Of a stretch of DNA of 64,000 nt, positions 10,039-19,998 are shown piece after piece. The notes under the pieces are model-generated. The model made no database searches. It was not told the DNA's origin and worked only from the letters and a program-made list of their open reading frames with translations. The DNA comes from an uncultured Treponema sp. GTDB taxonomy: Bacteria; Spirochaetota; Spirochaetia; Treponematales; Treponemataceae. The stretch covers positions 46,095 to 110,094 of the forward strand of contig CALCRU010000055.1 in NCBI GenBank assembly GCA_937894335.1. Reading direction: 5' to 3'. Positions within the stretch are counted from its first letter, which is position 1; every line of letters begins with the position of its first letter. A program made the translations under genes and the position numbers.

Positions 10039-11232
10039 ATGAAACTCCTCCACACATCCGACTGGCATTTGGGAAAACTCTTTTTTGAACATTCACTTCA
10101 CGAAGACCAGCTTTATTTTTTTAGTCAGCTAAAGGACGAACTTAAAACCGAAAAAGAAAAAGGTCAAGGCTACCATGCCCTTGTAATTGCAGGAGACATT
10201 TACGACAGACAGGTTGCCCCCTCGGATTCTGTTTACGCTTTGGGAGTTTTTATTTCGGAACTGCACGAGGCCTTTCCTTCTCTGCACATTTTTATGACAG
10301 CAGGAAACCACGACAGCGCAGAACGGCTTTCTTTTTTGCAAGCCCCCCTAAGCAAGCAGAACATTCACATTTGCTCGGACTGTAAGAATATGACCACACC
10401 TGTAATAGTGGATGACACAGCAGTTTATCAGCTTCCCTACCTTACTCCAGGATGTGTAAGGAACAAAGAAGAAGCGGACCTTTTTGAAAGAAAGTTAAGA
10501 AGTCAGCAGGAACTTTTAGACGAGGCTGTTAGGCAGATTGAGGAAGCCCATAAGAAAAACTACGGCGGAATGCAAAGCCTTTTATGCGCCCATCTTTTTG
10601 CATCGGGAGCAGACATAGGAGAGTCCGAACGGAATGCAGTCGGTACGGCAGACCAGATAGACGCAAAGACACTTTCTCCTTTTACATATGTTGCACTGGG
10701 ACACATTCACAGCGCACAGAAGGCGGCAAAAAACGCATGGTATTCAGGATCTCCCCTTTCCTACTCATTTAACGAAAAGCTTACAAAAAAATTCTTTATG
10801 AGGGTTATCCTAAGCGATGGAAAATTTGAACTGGAAAAAATTCCAGTAAAGCCTCTTCACGAAGTTTCAGTAATAAGCGACACTTTTGAAAACGTCCTTC
10901 ATGCAAAAAAATATGAAGACTATAGGGACAACTACATTCAAGTTTTGTGCAAGGACACGGAACTTATTGCCAACCCCATGTCTCTTTTGCGCACAAGGTT
11001 TCCCAACATTCTTTCTTTTACATATGCACAAAGAGAAAGTTCAGTGGCATCAGCGACACTAGAAGAAAGGCGAAAACTTCTTAACAAAAAAGGCAGAGAG
11101 GGCAAGGCAGAAATTTTTAACGCATTTCTTGAAGACCTTTACGGAAAGGAAAACCTTGATTCAGATGCGATTGTAAAAAAAGAAAAGGCCCTCTTCCAAA
11201 AACTTGCAGCCCAGCTGGAGGATGAAGAATGA
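10039..11232 (+). CDS. sbcD: Nuclease SbcCD subunit D
   Basis: LHTSDWHLG, AGDIYD, GNHD and YVALGHIH metallophosphoesterase motifs; overlaps sbcC. Confidence 0.93.
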   Translation: MKLLHTSDWHLGKLFFEHSLHEDQLYFFSQLKDELKTEKEKGQGYHALVIAGDIYDRQVAPSDSVYALGVFISELHEAFPSLHIFMTAGNHDSAERLSFLQAPLSKQNIHICSDCKNMTTPVIVDDTAVYQLPYLTPGCVRNKEEADLFERKLRSQQELLDEAVRQIEEAHKKNYGGMQSLLCAHLFASGADIGESERNAVGTADQIDAKTLSPFTYVALGHIHSAQKAAKNAWYSGSPLSYSFNEKLTKKFFMRVILSDGKFELEKIPVKPLHEVSVISDTFENVLHAKKYEDYRDNYIQVLCKDTELIANPMSLLRTRFPNILSFTYAQRESSVASATLEERRKLLNKKGREGKAEIFNAFLEDLYGKENLDSDAIVKKEKALFQKLAAQLEDEE

Positions 11233-14039
11233 AACTGCTTAACCTTCACATGAAAAACATAGGGCCATACCTTGACCAAACCATAGACTTTACCCAACTT
11301 GAAGACATGTTCCTTATTACAGGAAAAACTGGAAGCGGAAAGACCACAATTTTTGACGCAGTAACATACGCACTCTACGGAAGCCTTCCTGGAAAGAGGG
11401 ATGTAACGGGAGAGGCACACATACACTCAGACTTTGCAAAGGAAGAAGACGAAGCATTTGTAGACCTTACTTTTTCCATTGGGGAACAAAAGTATCGGGT
11501 GCAAAGAAAAGTTCCCGGCGTAAGAATAACACGCACTGGAAACAGAACAAAATCCACAGGCGAAGTTGACCTTTCTGCATGGGACGGAAGCGTATGGAAA
11601 AACTGGGAAGGAAAGTCTCTGGAAATAAACAGAAAAATTCAGGACGACATAATAGGACTTACAGTTGACGAATTCAAACAAATTGTACTTCTTCCCCAAG
11701 GAGAGTTTGCGGAATTTCTAAGCCAGACTCCGATGCAAAGAAAAGAAACACTTTCAAAACTTTTTCCCGTCTCATTTTACACAAGGCTGTGCCAAAAAAC
11801 GGAAGACCTTGCAAAAGAGGCAAAGCTAGAAATGAGCCGAGTGCAAAAAAATCTGGAGGAAGCGTTAAGAAATTTTGACGGCGAAGAAAGAGAGGCTCGC
11901 CTTTTGCAAATAGAAAAGGAAATGTCTGCCCTTCAAAAAAGCACGGAAGAATTTAGTCCCAAGATTCAGGAGTTTGTAAAAAAACACACTGAGGCAGAAC
12001 AAAAAAAGGAACTTGCTAGGGAAGCCTTAAAACTTGCGCAAGAAAAAAATCTTCTTGAAACAAAAAAAGAGCAAATGAAAGTTCTTGAAAAAAAACTTTC
12101 AAAGGCACAGGAAGCCATGTTCCTTACCGAAAAAATAGGTACAAAAAAATCCCTTCTAGAAAGAATTGACCAGCAGAAAAAAGATCTTCAATCTTTGGAA
12201 GAAAACCTTGCGAAAGAAAAAGAAAAAGCAGAGGAACTAAAGAAGTCTGCAGAAGAAATGAAAGAAGCCGCACAAAGAAAGGCAGACCTTGACATACAGA
12301 TTCACGACAGCGACGCTGCAATGGAAAAACTTAGTCTGATAGAAGAAGCCTCAAAGAAATTTGAAAATCAGAAAGAAAATGTCATTCAACTTTACATGCA
12401 GACTTATCCTGCGGCACAAAAGGCTGAACAAAGCTTGCTCCAGTGCGAAGAAGACATTAAGTCAAACATTCAACTTGCAGAAAAAACTCGAACAAGCATT
12501 GAATCCCTTACGGAACAGAAAGCCAGTCACGAAAGAAACGAACTTTCAGTAACACTTGCCCTTACCCTTAAAGATGGGGAAGCCTGTCCTGTATGCGGTT
12601 CAAAGACACATCCCTGCATTGCGGTAAGCCATGCTACAGAAATAAGCTTTGACGAAGAAATACAGATTCAAACCGCTGCAAAAAAAGCCCTTGAATTAGA
12701 CAGGGAAGCCTTGTACGGCAAAAAGGAAAATCTTCAGGTTTCATGCCACATGCTCAGTTCAACTATAAGCGAACTTGAAGAAACTGCAAAAAGATACGGA
12801 ATAGTTCTTCCGCAAAAAGAAAACATTCCTCCTCGTGAAAAAGAAATTCCCTCGCGGAACAACATAGAAAAACAAAGGCAGTGCATTTCTGAGGCACAAA
12901 AATTACTTTACGAAACTCAGGGCAAGGTGGATGCTCTAAAGGGAGAAAGAACTCTTGACAGAAAGTCCCTTGAAAAACAAAAGCAAAACCTTTGCATGGA
13001 AAGAAAAAGTCTGGAAGAAAAAACTGAAGCCTACGAAAAGCAGGTACAGAAAAACATGCAGAACATTACTTCTCTTTCTGCAGAATGCGATTCGGTAAAA
13101 AATTCCATGGAGCAAAACAGTCTCCTTATGGAAAAAACAAAAAAGGAAATTGAAACTCTACTTTTGCAGACTGCATTTAAGTCGGAAGAGGAAGTTCTTT
13201 CTTCTGCAATGGAAAAATCCCACTACGATGAAAGTCAGAAGGAACTTAAGAACTTTACGGAATCCTACCGCACCGTATGCGCAAGGCTTGAAGCAAACAA
13301 GACTGATCCCACTCTTCTTGAATCCTACGAAAAAGAATGTATGGAACTGAAAAAAAATCTTTCCGCACTCCAAACAGAACACGAACAAGCTCAAAAAGAA
13401 ATTTCAAGACTAAGAGAAGAAAAACAGACTGTAGAAATAGAAAGAAATCGCATACAGGCACTTGAAGAACAGGGCAAAAAACTTGGCAAAGAAAACGAAG
13501 CCCTTATCCGTTTGGACGATGACATTAACGGACGAAAAAACAATCCTAAGAAAATTGCATTGGACTCATGGGTTCTGGGAACTTTTCTTGAGGATGTTCT
13601 TCTTGCCGCAAACCTGCGCTTTGAAACAATTTCTTCGGGACGATACAGATTTAATTTGCAGACAGAAAAAAAAGGCGGTCATGGCGAAAAGGGACTGGAC
13701 ATTACAGTAACCGACACCTACACGGGACTGGAGCGAAGTCCACTTTCACTTTCGGGCGGAGAAAAATTCATGGCATCCTTAAGTCTTGCCCTTGCCCTTA
13801 CAGATGTGGTTCAGGCACAAAGCGGCGGCATAACGCTAGACTCTCTTTTTATTGACGAAGGATTTGGTTCCCTTGACGAGGAAGTGCTTTCAAATGCAGT
13901 TTCGGTTTTGGAAAGCATAAGAGAAAACAAGACAGTGGGAATCATAAGTCACATTGCATCACTTAACGATCCCATAAAAAACATTCTGCATGTAGAAAAA
14001 ACAGAAAGCGGCAGCACCGTAAGCATAATAAAAAAGTAA
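11229..14039 (+). CDS. sbcC: Nuclease SbcCD subunit C (SMC-like ATPase)
   Basis: Walker A GKTGSGKT, LPQGEF, zinc hook CPVCG, LSGGE signature, FIDEGFGSLD. Confidence 0.93.
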   Translation: MKLLNLHMKNIGPYLDQTIDFTQLEDMFLITGKTGSGKTTIFDAVTYALYGSLPGKRDVTGEAHIHSDFAKEEDEAFVDLTFSIGEQKYRVQRKVPGVRITRTGNRTKSTGEVDLSAWDGSVWKNWEGKSLEINRKIQDDIIGLTVDEFKQIVLLPQGEFAEFLSQTPMQRKETLSKLFPVSFYTRLCQKTEDLAKEAKLEMSRVQKNLEEALRNFDGEEREARLLQIEKEMSALQKSTEEFSPKIQEFVKKHTEAEQKKELAREALKLAQEKNLLETKKEQMKVLEKKLSKAQEAMFLTEKIGTKKSLLERIDQQKKDLQSLEENLAKEKEKAEELKKSAEEMKEAAQRKADLDIQIHDSDAAMEKLSLIEEASKKFENQKENVIQLYMQTYPAAQKAEQSLLQCEEDIKSNIQLAEKTRTSIESLTEQKASHERNELSVTLALTLKDGEACPVCGSKTHPCIAVSHATEISFDEEIQIQTAAKKALELDREALYGKKENLQVSCHMLSSTISELEETAKRYGIVLPQKENIPPREKEIPSRNNIEKQRQCISEAQKLLYETQGKVDALKGERTLDRKSLEKQKQNLCMERKSLEEKTEAYEKQVQKNMQNITSLSAECDSVKNSMEQNSLLMEKTKKEIETLLLQTAFKSEEEVLSSAMEKSHYDESQKELKNFTESYRTVCARLEANKTDPTLLESYEKECMELKKNLSALQTEHEQAQKEISRLREEKQTVEIERNRIQALEEQGKKLGKENEALIRLDDDINGRKNNPKKIALDSWVLGTFLEDVLLAANLRFETISSGRYRFNLQTEKKGGHGEKGLDITVTDTYTGLERSPLSLSGGEKFMASLSLALALTDVVQAQSGGITLDSLFIDEGFGSLDEEVLSNAVSVLESIRENKTVGIISHIASLNDPIKNILHVEKTESGSTVSIIKK

Positions 14040-14072
14040 AAAAAATGGGAAAGCCCAATTGGACTCTCCCAT
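14038..14072 (-). terminator. Intrinsic terminator of the oad operon, possibly bidirectional
   Basis: Minus strand ATGGGAGAGTCC-AATT-GGGCTTTCCCAT followed by a T-run, between convergent genes. Confidence 0.75.
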
Positions 14073-14097
14073 CTAAAAATCTAAAACAGGCTAAAAA

Positions 14098-15540
14098 TTA
14101 CAGGCCTGCAAAGGTTGCTATAAAGACACCAGCCGCTACGGCAGTACCAATTACGCCGGAAACATTTGGTCCCATTGCGTTCATCAGCAGGAAGTTTGAA
14201 GGATCCGCCTCTTGACCCACCTTGTTTGAAACACGGGCCGCCATAGGAACAGCAGAAACTCCAGCAGAACCTATAAGGGGATTTATTTTCTTACCCTTTG
14301 GCAGGAATACATTCATCAGTTTTGCCATAAGGATTCCGCCTGCAGTAGCAATGCAGAATGCAACCAAACCAAGTACGATGATTCCGATAGACTTTGTGTT
14401 AATAATTTTTTCAGGAGTCATCTGACTTCCAACGCCAAGAGAAAGCAAAATGGAAACAATGTTCATCATTTCGTTTTCCATGGTCTTTGAAAGCCTGTCT
14501 ACAACACCACACTGCTTTACAAAGTTTCCAAAAGCAAGCATTCCTATAAGGGGAGCGGCAGGAGGAAGAAGCAGGATTGTCAGAACCAGAAGCATCATTG
14601 GGAAAAGAATTTTTTCTGTCTTGCTTACAGGGCGAAGCTGATCCATGCGGATGAGCCTTTCCTTTTTGGTAGTAAGAGCCTTCATAATTGGAGGCTGAAT
14701 TACAGGAACCAGAGCCATGTAAGAATAGGCTGCTACTGCAATAACAGCCATAAGTTCAGGAGCAAGTTTTCCAGAAACATAAATTGAAGTAGGACCATCG
14801 GCACCACCAATGATTGCAATTGCACAGGCCTGAAGAATAGTGTAGTCGGTGTTAAGCCCCGGAATCAAATTCATAAGGGCAACGCCAAAAAGCGTAAAGA
14901 AGACGCCCAACTGAGCGGCAGCACCAAGCAGAGCAGTTTTGGGGTTTGCAATAAGAGGACCAAAGTCTGTCATTGCACCAATGCCCATAAAGATAAGCAT
15001 GGGGAAAAACTCGTTTCCTACGCCGGCACTGTAAATTATGTGCAGCATTCCATCCGGAGCGTCACCCATTCCTGCACCCGGAATGTTTACAAGAATTGTA
15101 CCGAATCCGATGGGAATTAAAAGCAGAGGTTCAAAGCCCTTTGCCGCACCCAGCCAGACAATTACAAATCCTACGATAATCATAATGACATACTGCCAGC
15201 CAGGAGCCCTGTCAGAAAAAGCATCGTCTGCATGTGCCATTGCATTTTCCTGAGCAGCCTCCTGCGCTTCTTCCTGAGCAATTTCTTCAGCAGTTGCCCG
15301 ATGAATCATCTTGTAAATACCAGTAGACTTGCCAATGTTGGTAAGGAAAGACTTTACCGAAATGTCGTATTTTCCGTTCCAGTCTTCCGTTTTTGCAATG
15401 ACACGATCTACACCAGTTTTTGGAGAAGCCTTGTCCTGAGCAAAAATGTTGGTACCAAGAGAAATGAATGCCGCAACAGTAAGAAGTGCAAGCATTATAA
15501 AAGCAATTTTCGTGTTGTTCTGAGCTTTTGATGTAGGCAT
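14098..15540 (-). CDS. oadB: Na+-translocating decarboxylase beta subunit
   Basis: [30 protein letters not shown] and [10 protein letters not shown] motifs; start moved to ATG 15540 behind a GGAGG RBS. Confidence 0.9.
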   Translation of the reverse strand: MPTSKAQNNTKIAFIMLALLTVAAFISLGTNIFAQDKASPKTGVDRVIAKTEDWNGKYDISVKSFLTNIGKSTGIYKMIHRATAEEIAQEEAQEAAQENAMAHADDAFSDRAPGWQYVIMIIVGFVIVWLGAAKGFEPLLLIPIGFGTILVNIPGAGMGDAPDGMLHIIYSAGVGNEFFPMLIFMGIGAMTDFGPLIANPKTALLGAAAQLGVFFTLFGVALMNLIPGLNTDYTILQACAIAIIGGADGPTSIYVSGKLAPELMAVIAVAAYSYMALVPVIQPPIMKALTTKKERLIRMDQLRPVSKTEKILFPMMLLVLTILLLPPAAPLIGMLAFGNFVKQCGVVDRLSKTMENEMMNIVSILLSLGVGSQMTPEKIINTKSIGIIVLGLVAFCIATAGGILMAKLMNVFLPKGKKINPLIGSAGVSAVPMAARVSNKVGQEADPSNFLLMNAMGPNVSGVIGTAVAAGVFIATFAGL

Positions 15541-15553
15541 TGTTCCTCCCCTA

Positions 15554-17641
15554 TCAGCCGATTTCAGCAACAGGCTGACCGTTAGAAATCTGTGCGCCTG
15601 CAGATGCAAGGAAGTGAACCTTACCCGAAGCACCAGCCTTAATCTCAAGCTCCATCTTCATGGACTCTATTACGATGATTGTATCGCTTGCACCAACACT
15701 TGCGCCTTCCGAAACAACAGTGCGGAGGAGAACACCAGCAACAGGAGCCTTTACAACTTTGCCTGCACCAGTGGGAGCACTTGGAGCGCTAGGAGCAGGA
15801 GCAGTCTTTGCAGCGGCAGGTGCAGAAGCGGCAGGTGCAGAAACAGCCGTACCAATTTTTGCCAGAACCTGACCGTTGGAAACCTGAGTTCCGGCGGCAA
15901 CAGAATAGCTTACACTTCCGTCTACAGGAGCCTTTACTTCTAGTTCCATCTTCATGGATTCTATGATGATTATGGTTTGTCCCTTTGTAACCTGAGTTCC
16001 GTTTGCAAAGCACTGCTTAAGGAGGGTACCAGCAACAGGAGCCTTAACATCAACTCCTCCAGTAACAAGAGGAGCAACGGCTGGAGCGGCACTTGCAGCA
16101 GGAGCAGCACCAGCAGGACCAAAGCCTACGCTGTAAGAAGTTCCGTTAACAGTTACATTCATGCTGTCACCAGCAGGACCACTTGTTACGGCATAGGGAG
16201 TTCCGTTTACGGTAATGGTGTATGAACCGCCCTTTCCTGCAGAAGATGATGCAGGCGCTTCCTTTTTTGCACCAAATGTTTTTTCCGCATCAACAGGACC
16301 ATTTGCTCTGTTCTTGAAGAATCCAGGTGCAACCTTAGGGAACATGGCGTAAGTAAGGGTGTCTTCTACAGAGCCGTTACCACCGTTTGCCTTTGCCTCG
16401 GCAACCATCTTGTCCCATTCGGGTTCAATTTTATCAGCAGGGCGACAGGTAATAACTTCTTCCATCTTGTTCTGCTCAAGAGCCTTCTTTACAAGGTCAC
16501 TGTTTGGATCGGCAGGAAGTTTTCCGTAGCGTCCCACAAGAAGGTCACGGAATTCCTGAGTCATATTGTTGTAGCGTCCGAAGAGTACATTGAATACAGC
16601 CTGAGTTCCTACAATCTGACTGGTAGGAGTTACAAGAGGAACATATCCTGCATCCTTGTGAACCAGAGCAATCTCTTTAAGAACATCATCAATTTTGTCC
16701 AAGGCACCCTGCTGCTTGAGCTGACTTTCAAGATTAGAAAGCATACCGCCTGGAACCTGACTTACCAAAATGCGAGTGTCGGCACCAAGGAATTTTGACT
16801 CCAAAGAAGCATAGTGCTGGCGAACTTCGCGGAAGTACTTTGCAATTTCAAGAAGAGCCTTTGTGTCCAGTCCAGTGTCGTAGGGAGTTCCCTTGAGCAT
16901 TTCTACAACAGTTTCTGTAGGACTGTGAGAAGTACCCATTGCCATGGAACTGATTGCAGTGTCAAGAATGTCTGCACCAGCTTCTGCAGCCTTAAGTTCC
17001 GTTGCAACTGAAAGTCCCGTTGTTGAGTGAGTGTGGATTTCTACAGGCAGGTCACATGCCTTCTTTACAGCCTTAACAAGTTCGTATGCATCGTAGGGCT
17101 TTAAAAGACCAGACATATCCTTTATACAGATTGAATCGGCACCGAATTCCGCATAGGTTTTTGCAAGCTCGGCATATTTTTCTATTGTGTGATAGGGAGT
17201 TACAGCGTAGGAAATTGCCATCTGAACATGTTTGCCTGTCTTTTTTGCAGCCTTTGTAGCGCGCTCAAGGTTACGAGGGTCGTTGCATGCGTCAAAAATT
17301 CTGAACACGCCAATGCCGTTGTTTGCGGCGGTTTCGACAAACTTGTCTACAACATCATCAGCATAGTGGCGGTAACCCAAAAGGTTCTGTCCGCGAAGGA
17401 GCATCATAATCTGATTGTTGGGAAGGGCTGCGTGCAGTTTTCTAAGGCGCTCCCAGGGGTCTTCGTTAAGAAAGCGGATACAACTGTCGTAAGTTGCTCC
17501 ACCCCATCCTTCTACGGCCCAGTAGCCGATTTTATCTATCATGCCACAGGCGGGAAGCATGTCGGCAGTGGTCATACGGGTTGCATGAAGCGACTGATGT
17601 GCGTCACGCAGAACAAGTTCAGAAATGTTTACCTTTGACAT
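15554..17641 (-). CDS. oadA: Oxaloacetate decarboxylase alpha-type carboxyltransferase with two biotinyl domains
   Basis: LRDAHQS, GGATYD, IKDMSG, HTH and QVPGGM motifs; two C-terminal ESMKME biotinylation motifs. Confidence 0.88.
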   Translation of the reverse strand: MSKVNISELVLRDAHQSLHATRMTTADMLPACGMIDKIGYWAVEGWGGATYDSCIRFLNEDPWERLRKLHAALPNNQIMMLLRGQNLLGYRHYADDVVDKFVETAANNGIGVFRIFDACNDPRNLERATKAAKKTGKHVQMAISYAVTPYHTIEKYAELAKTYAEFGADSICIKDMSGLLKPYDAYELVKAVKKACDLPVEIHTHSTTGLSVATELKAAEAGADILDTAISSMAMGTSHSPTETVVEMLKGTPYDTGLDTKALLEIAKYFREVRQHYASLESKFLGADTRILVSQVPGGMLSNLESQLKQQGALDKIDDVLKEIALVHKDAGYVPLVTPTSQIVGTQAVFNVLFGRYNNMTQEFRDLLVGRYGKLPADPNSDLVKKALEQNKMEEVITCRPADKIEPEWDKMVAEAKANGGNGSVEDTLTYAMFPKVAPGFFKNRANGPVDAEKTFGAKKEAPASSSAGKGGSYTITVNGTPYAVTSGPAGDSMNVTVNGTSYSVGFGPAGAAPAASAAPAVAPLVTGGVDVKAPVAGTLLKQCFANGTQVTKGQTIIIIESMKMELEVKAPVDGSVSYSVAAGTQVSNGQVLAKIGTAVSAPAASAPAAAKTAPAPSAPSAPTGAGKVVKAPVAGVLLRTVVSEGASVGASDTIIVIESMKMELEIKAGASGKVHFLASAGAQISNGQPVAEIG

Positions 17642-17658
17642 ATATTACTCCTAAAATC

Positions 17659-17925
17659 CTATTGTTTTTCGTGAAGTGCTGCGGCAATGGCGGCAACTAC
17701 GGCTCCTGTGTCTACCGACTGAGTTGGTGCGGTGGCTGGGGCAGACGGAACCGAGGCTGTACCCTGTGGGGACTTCTGAGGCTCGTCCTTATCAAGATGC
17801 AGGGCATGCAGGACGCCGTGCAAAAGCTTCATGGAAAGAATCATTATAATCAAAAACGAAAAAACCACTGCCATACCTAGCAGAGTAAGGATTCCGCTTT
17901 GACTTAGCATTTGAGAAATAGTCAT
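17659..17925 (-). CDS. oadG: Decarboxylase gamma/delta subunit (OadG family)
   Basis: LLGMAVVFSFL TM helix, Pro/Ala linker, VVAAIAAAL; ATG 17925 follows GGAGG. Confidence 0.85.
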   Translation of the reverse strand: MTISQMLSQSGILTLLGMAVVFSFLIIMILSMKLLHGVLHALHLDKDEPQKSPQGTASVPSAPATAPTQSVDTGAVVAAIAAALHEKQ

Positions 17926-18060
17926 AAGACCTCCGCCCAACAGTATATTGAAAAACGGAGGCGATTTCAATAGCCTGATTTTCTTTTACATACTTAGAGA
18001 TTTCCATCTAGTCAAAATGCAAAGTAAATGCTATAATGGAAGAATAAGACGGAGGACAGT

Positions 18061-18735
18061 ATGTACGCACTTTCTATTGCAGCATGCATTCTTTTTTGCT
18101 TGGATACCATACTAAACTGGACGGGAAACCTTCTTAACAAGAAACCGCTTGCAGACAGTTCGAAGCCGCTCCTTATGCCGCTTCTTGCCCTAACAGCGAT
18201 TCTTGCTCTGATTCCTGCTGGTGCACCTAAGGCCCTGCTAGTTGTCCTTGTGGTAGCCCTTGCCTTCCACACACTGGGAGACATCTTTCTTATTTCCGAA
18301 AAAGAAAAGCACTTTTTAATTGGTGCCGGATGCTTTCTTATAGGACACATATTTTACCTGACCATATTTGGAAAAGCCTTTGCCTCAATGCAGCCCTGGT
18401 TCTTTGCTGTAATGGTGGCTGTTCTTGTGGCGGTCGCAGTGCTACTTTTCCTTGGCATGAAAAAACAGGGGCTGGCCCTTGCCATAGGTGTTCCCGTCTA
18501 TGCGGCAGTACTCCTTACCCTTACATTTGCAGGACTTGCGGGAGTACTTGGCTCATATTCATCAGGCTCAATTTTCGTACTCATAGGCGGAATCCTTTTT
18601 GTGGCTTCTGATGGAATGATTGCCCTTTCCGGCTATGTAAAGAAATTTCCCGGATACAAGTTCTGGATTATGTTTACCTATGTCATTGCCGAAGTCCTTC
18701 TGGTTCTTGGCATGGCCCACCCATACATGTTCTAG
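18061..18735 (+). CDS. YhhN/TMEM86 lysoplasmalogenase-family membrane protein
   Basis: KPLLMPLL, LGDIFL, FLIGHIFY, LFVASD and TYVIAE motifs; TGnTATAAT promoter and GGAGG RBS upstream. Confidence 0.85.
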   Translation: MYALSIAACILFCLDTILNWTGNLLNKKPLADSSKPLLMPLLALTAILALIPAGAPKALLVVLVVALAFHTLGDIFLISEKEKHFLIGAGCFLIGHIFYLTIFGKAFASMQPWFFAVMVAVLVAVAVLLFLGMKKQGLALAIGVPVYAAVLLTLTFAGLAGVLGSYSSGSIFVLIGGILFVASDGMIALSGYVKKFPGYKFWIMFTYVIAEVLLVLGMAHPYMF

Positions 18736-18756
18736 AGAAAAATTAGGAGGAAAAAA

Positions 18757-19671
18757 ATGAAGAAACTTAACGCCCTTGTTGTAAGCCTAGCCCTACTTAC
18801 CGTAGCCGCATTCACCTCATGCGCCCAGTTAAATGAAAGGGCACAGGTAAGTTTTAGCATAGACACCGCACAGCTTGCACGAAACCTTTCCCTTGACCCA
18901 AACGAAGGTAGCACAGACCTCTGGATTGTTGCAACCATGGAAGGCACATCTGGCACTACAGAAACAAAAGCAGTACACAATGCAAAGGTGACGACGCAAA
19001 ACCCGCAGCAGACAGCGGGGTCAGTATCTGCAGAATACACGGAAATTACATTTGACAACTTTCTTGTAGGCGACACCGTTACTGCCTATGTAGATGTGTA
19101 TTATATACCTAGTTCTGCTTCGCAGAATGTTCAAAATTACTGGAGGTATACAGGAACTTCCGACAGGACTTACCTTGACTTGTGGGAGAATAAAATTTCG
19201 ATGACGCTGAACGAGGTAAGTCCAGAAGATGTAGAATCAATAGAGGGGCTGCCTCTAAATTTCTCGACTTGCACCTATAAAGGTGAGTCTTTAAGTATTA
19301 GAGACGGAGAAAATAAAACTCTCGCCTTTTATAGCAATAACACCTATACAATAAGTATAGATGACTCACCTATATCCCAAGGAAAATGGTCTTGCAAGAC
19401 ATATTCCTATGCTCCAGATAGCTCCGATAACTTAGTAGCAGACGGCAGAGAAATTGCTCTTACCGAATACTGGTACCTTGACCCAAGAATCGACACAGAA
19501 GATACCCCAGACTTTAAATATCTCACTTTTGGAGGAAGCACCCCTGTCATCGTTATGCCTCGAAAAACTCAGACCGTCATTTTTACAAAAACTGATCCCG
19601 AGAGTGTAATTCTGTCAGGTTCAGTTAAAAGCGGCAGTGGTATAACATTCTATATTACACAAGAATCTTAA
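18757..19671 (+). CDS. Hypothetical lipoprotein
   Basis: AGGAGG RBS; signal peptide ending in spirochaetal-type lipobox FTSC; Ser/Thr-rich beta-type body. Confidence 0.75.
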   Translation: MKKLNALVVSLALLTVAAFTSCAQLNERAQVSFSIDTAQLARNLSLDPNEGSTDLWIVATMEGTSGTTETKAVHNAKVTTQNPQQTAGSVSAEYTEITFDNFLVGDTVTAYVDVYYIPSSASQNVQNYWRYTGTSDRTYLDLWENKISMTLNEVSPEDVESIEGLPLNFSTCTYKGESLSIRDGENKTLAFYSNNTYTISIDDSPISQGKWSCKTYSYAPDSSDNLVADGREIALTEYWYLDPRIDTEDTPDFKYLTFGGSTPVIVMPRKTQTVIFTKTDPESVILSGSVKSGSGITFYITQES

Positions 19672-19681
19672 TACTCTTTAC

Positions 19682-19719
19682 ACAAAAGCCCCCTGCTCCC
19701 TTGCAGGGGGGGCTTTTGT
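19682..19719. terminator. Bidirectional intrinsic terminator
   Basis: ACAAAAGCCCCCTGC ... GCAGGGGGGGCTTTTGT GC-rich hairpin with T-runs on both strands. Confidence 0.85.
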
Positions 19720-19761
19720 ATAGGGGCTAGCTTTAGTTAGCGTGCAGGCGCAAAGTTTTTC

Positions 19762-19790
19762 TTGACGGCTCAGAAAAAATGCGCTATATT
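19762..19790 (+). promoter_or_regulatory. Sigma70-like promoter of a putative sRNA
   Basis: TTGACG-17bp-TATATT with no recognisable plus-strand CDS before the terminator. Confidence 0.8.
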
Positions 19791-19796
19791 AGAAAA

Positions 19797-19898
19797 AGGA
19801 AAGGCACTCGCAACAAGCGTCCTGCCTCCTACAGTGTTTTAGGTCTCTTCAGACCCGCCCACTCTGAAGCTGGAACATAGCAGGGTGGGCTATTTTTT
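19797..19898 (+). ncRNA. Putative type I antitoxin sRNA (~100 nt)
   Basis: Lies between a consensus promoter and terminator GCCCACTCTG...CAGGGTGGGC-TATTTTTT; carries a CCTCCT anti-SD; convergent with a small peptide ORF. Confidence 0.68.
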
Positions 19899-19998
19899 AC
19901 TCTTCTTCTCTATTCCGTCTTCGGAAGAGGTGCCGAGTAATGTCGACGATAAGCCGGACAGCCGTAAGCACGACCATCAGCGTTTCATACAAACTCAT
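19897..19998 (-). CDS. Putative type I toxin, 33-aa membrane peptide MSLYETLMVVLTAVRLIVDITRHLFRRRNREEE (holin-like toxin type)
   Basis: Translated by hand; GGAGG 5 nt before ATG; hydrophobic N-terminal helix and charged tail; below the ORF-track length cutoff. Confidence 0.72.
   Translation of the reverse strand: MSLYETLMVVLTAVRLIVDITRHLFRRRNREEE

Noticed and set aside
15541..15648. Extended oadB start in the ORF track (15648)
   Set aside because: Overlaps oadA; the GGAGG RBS supports ATG 15540
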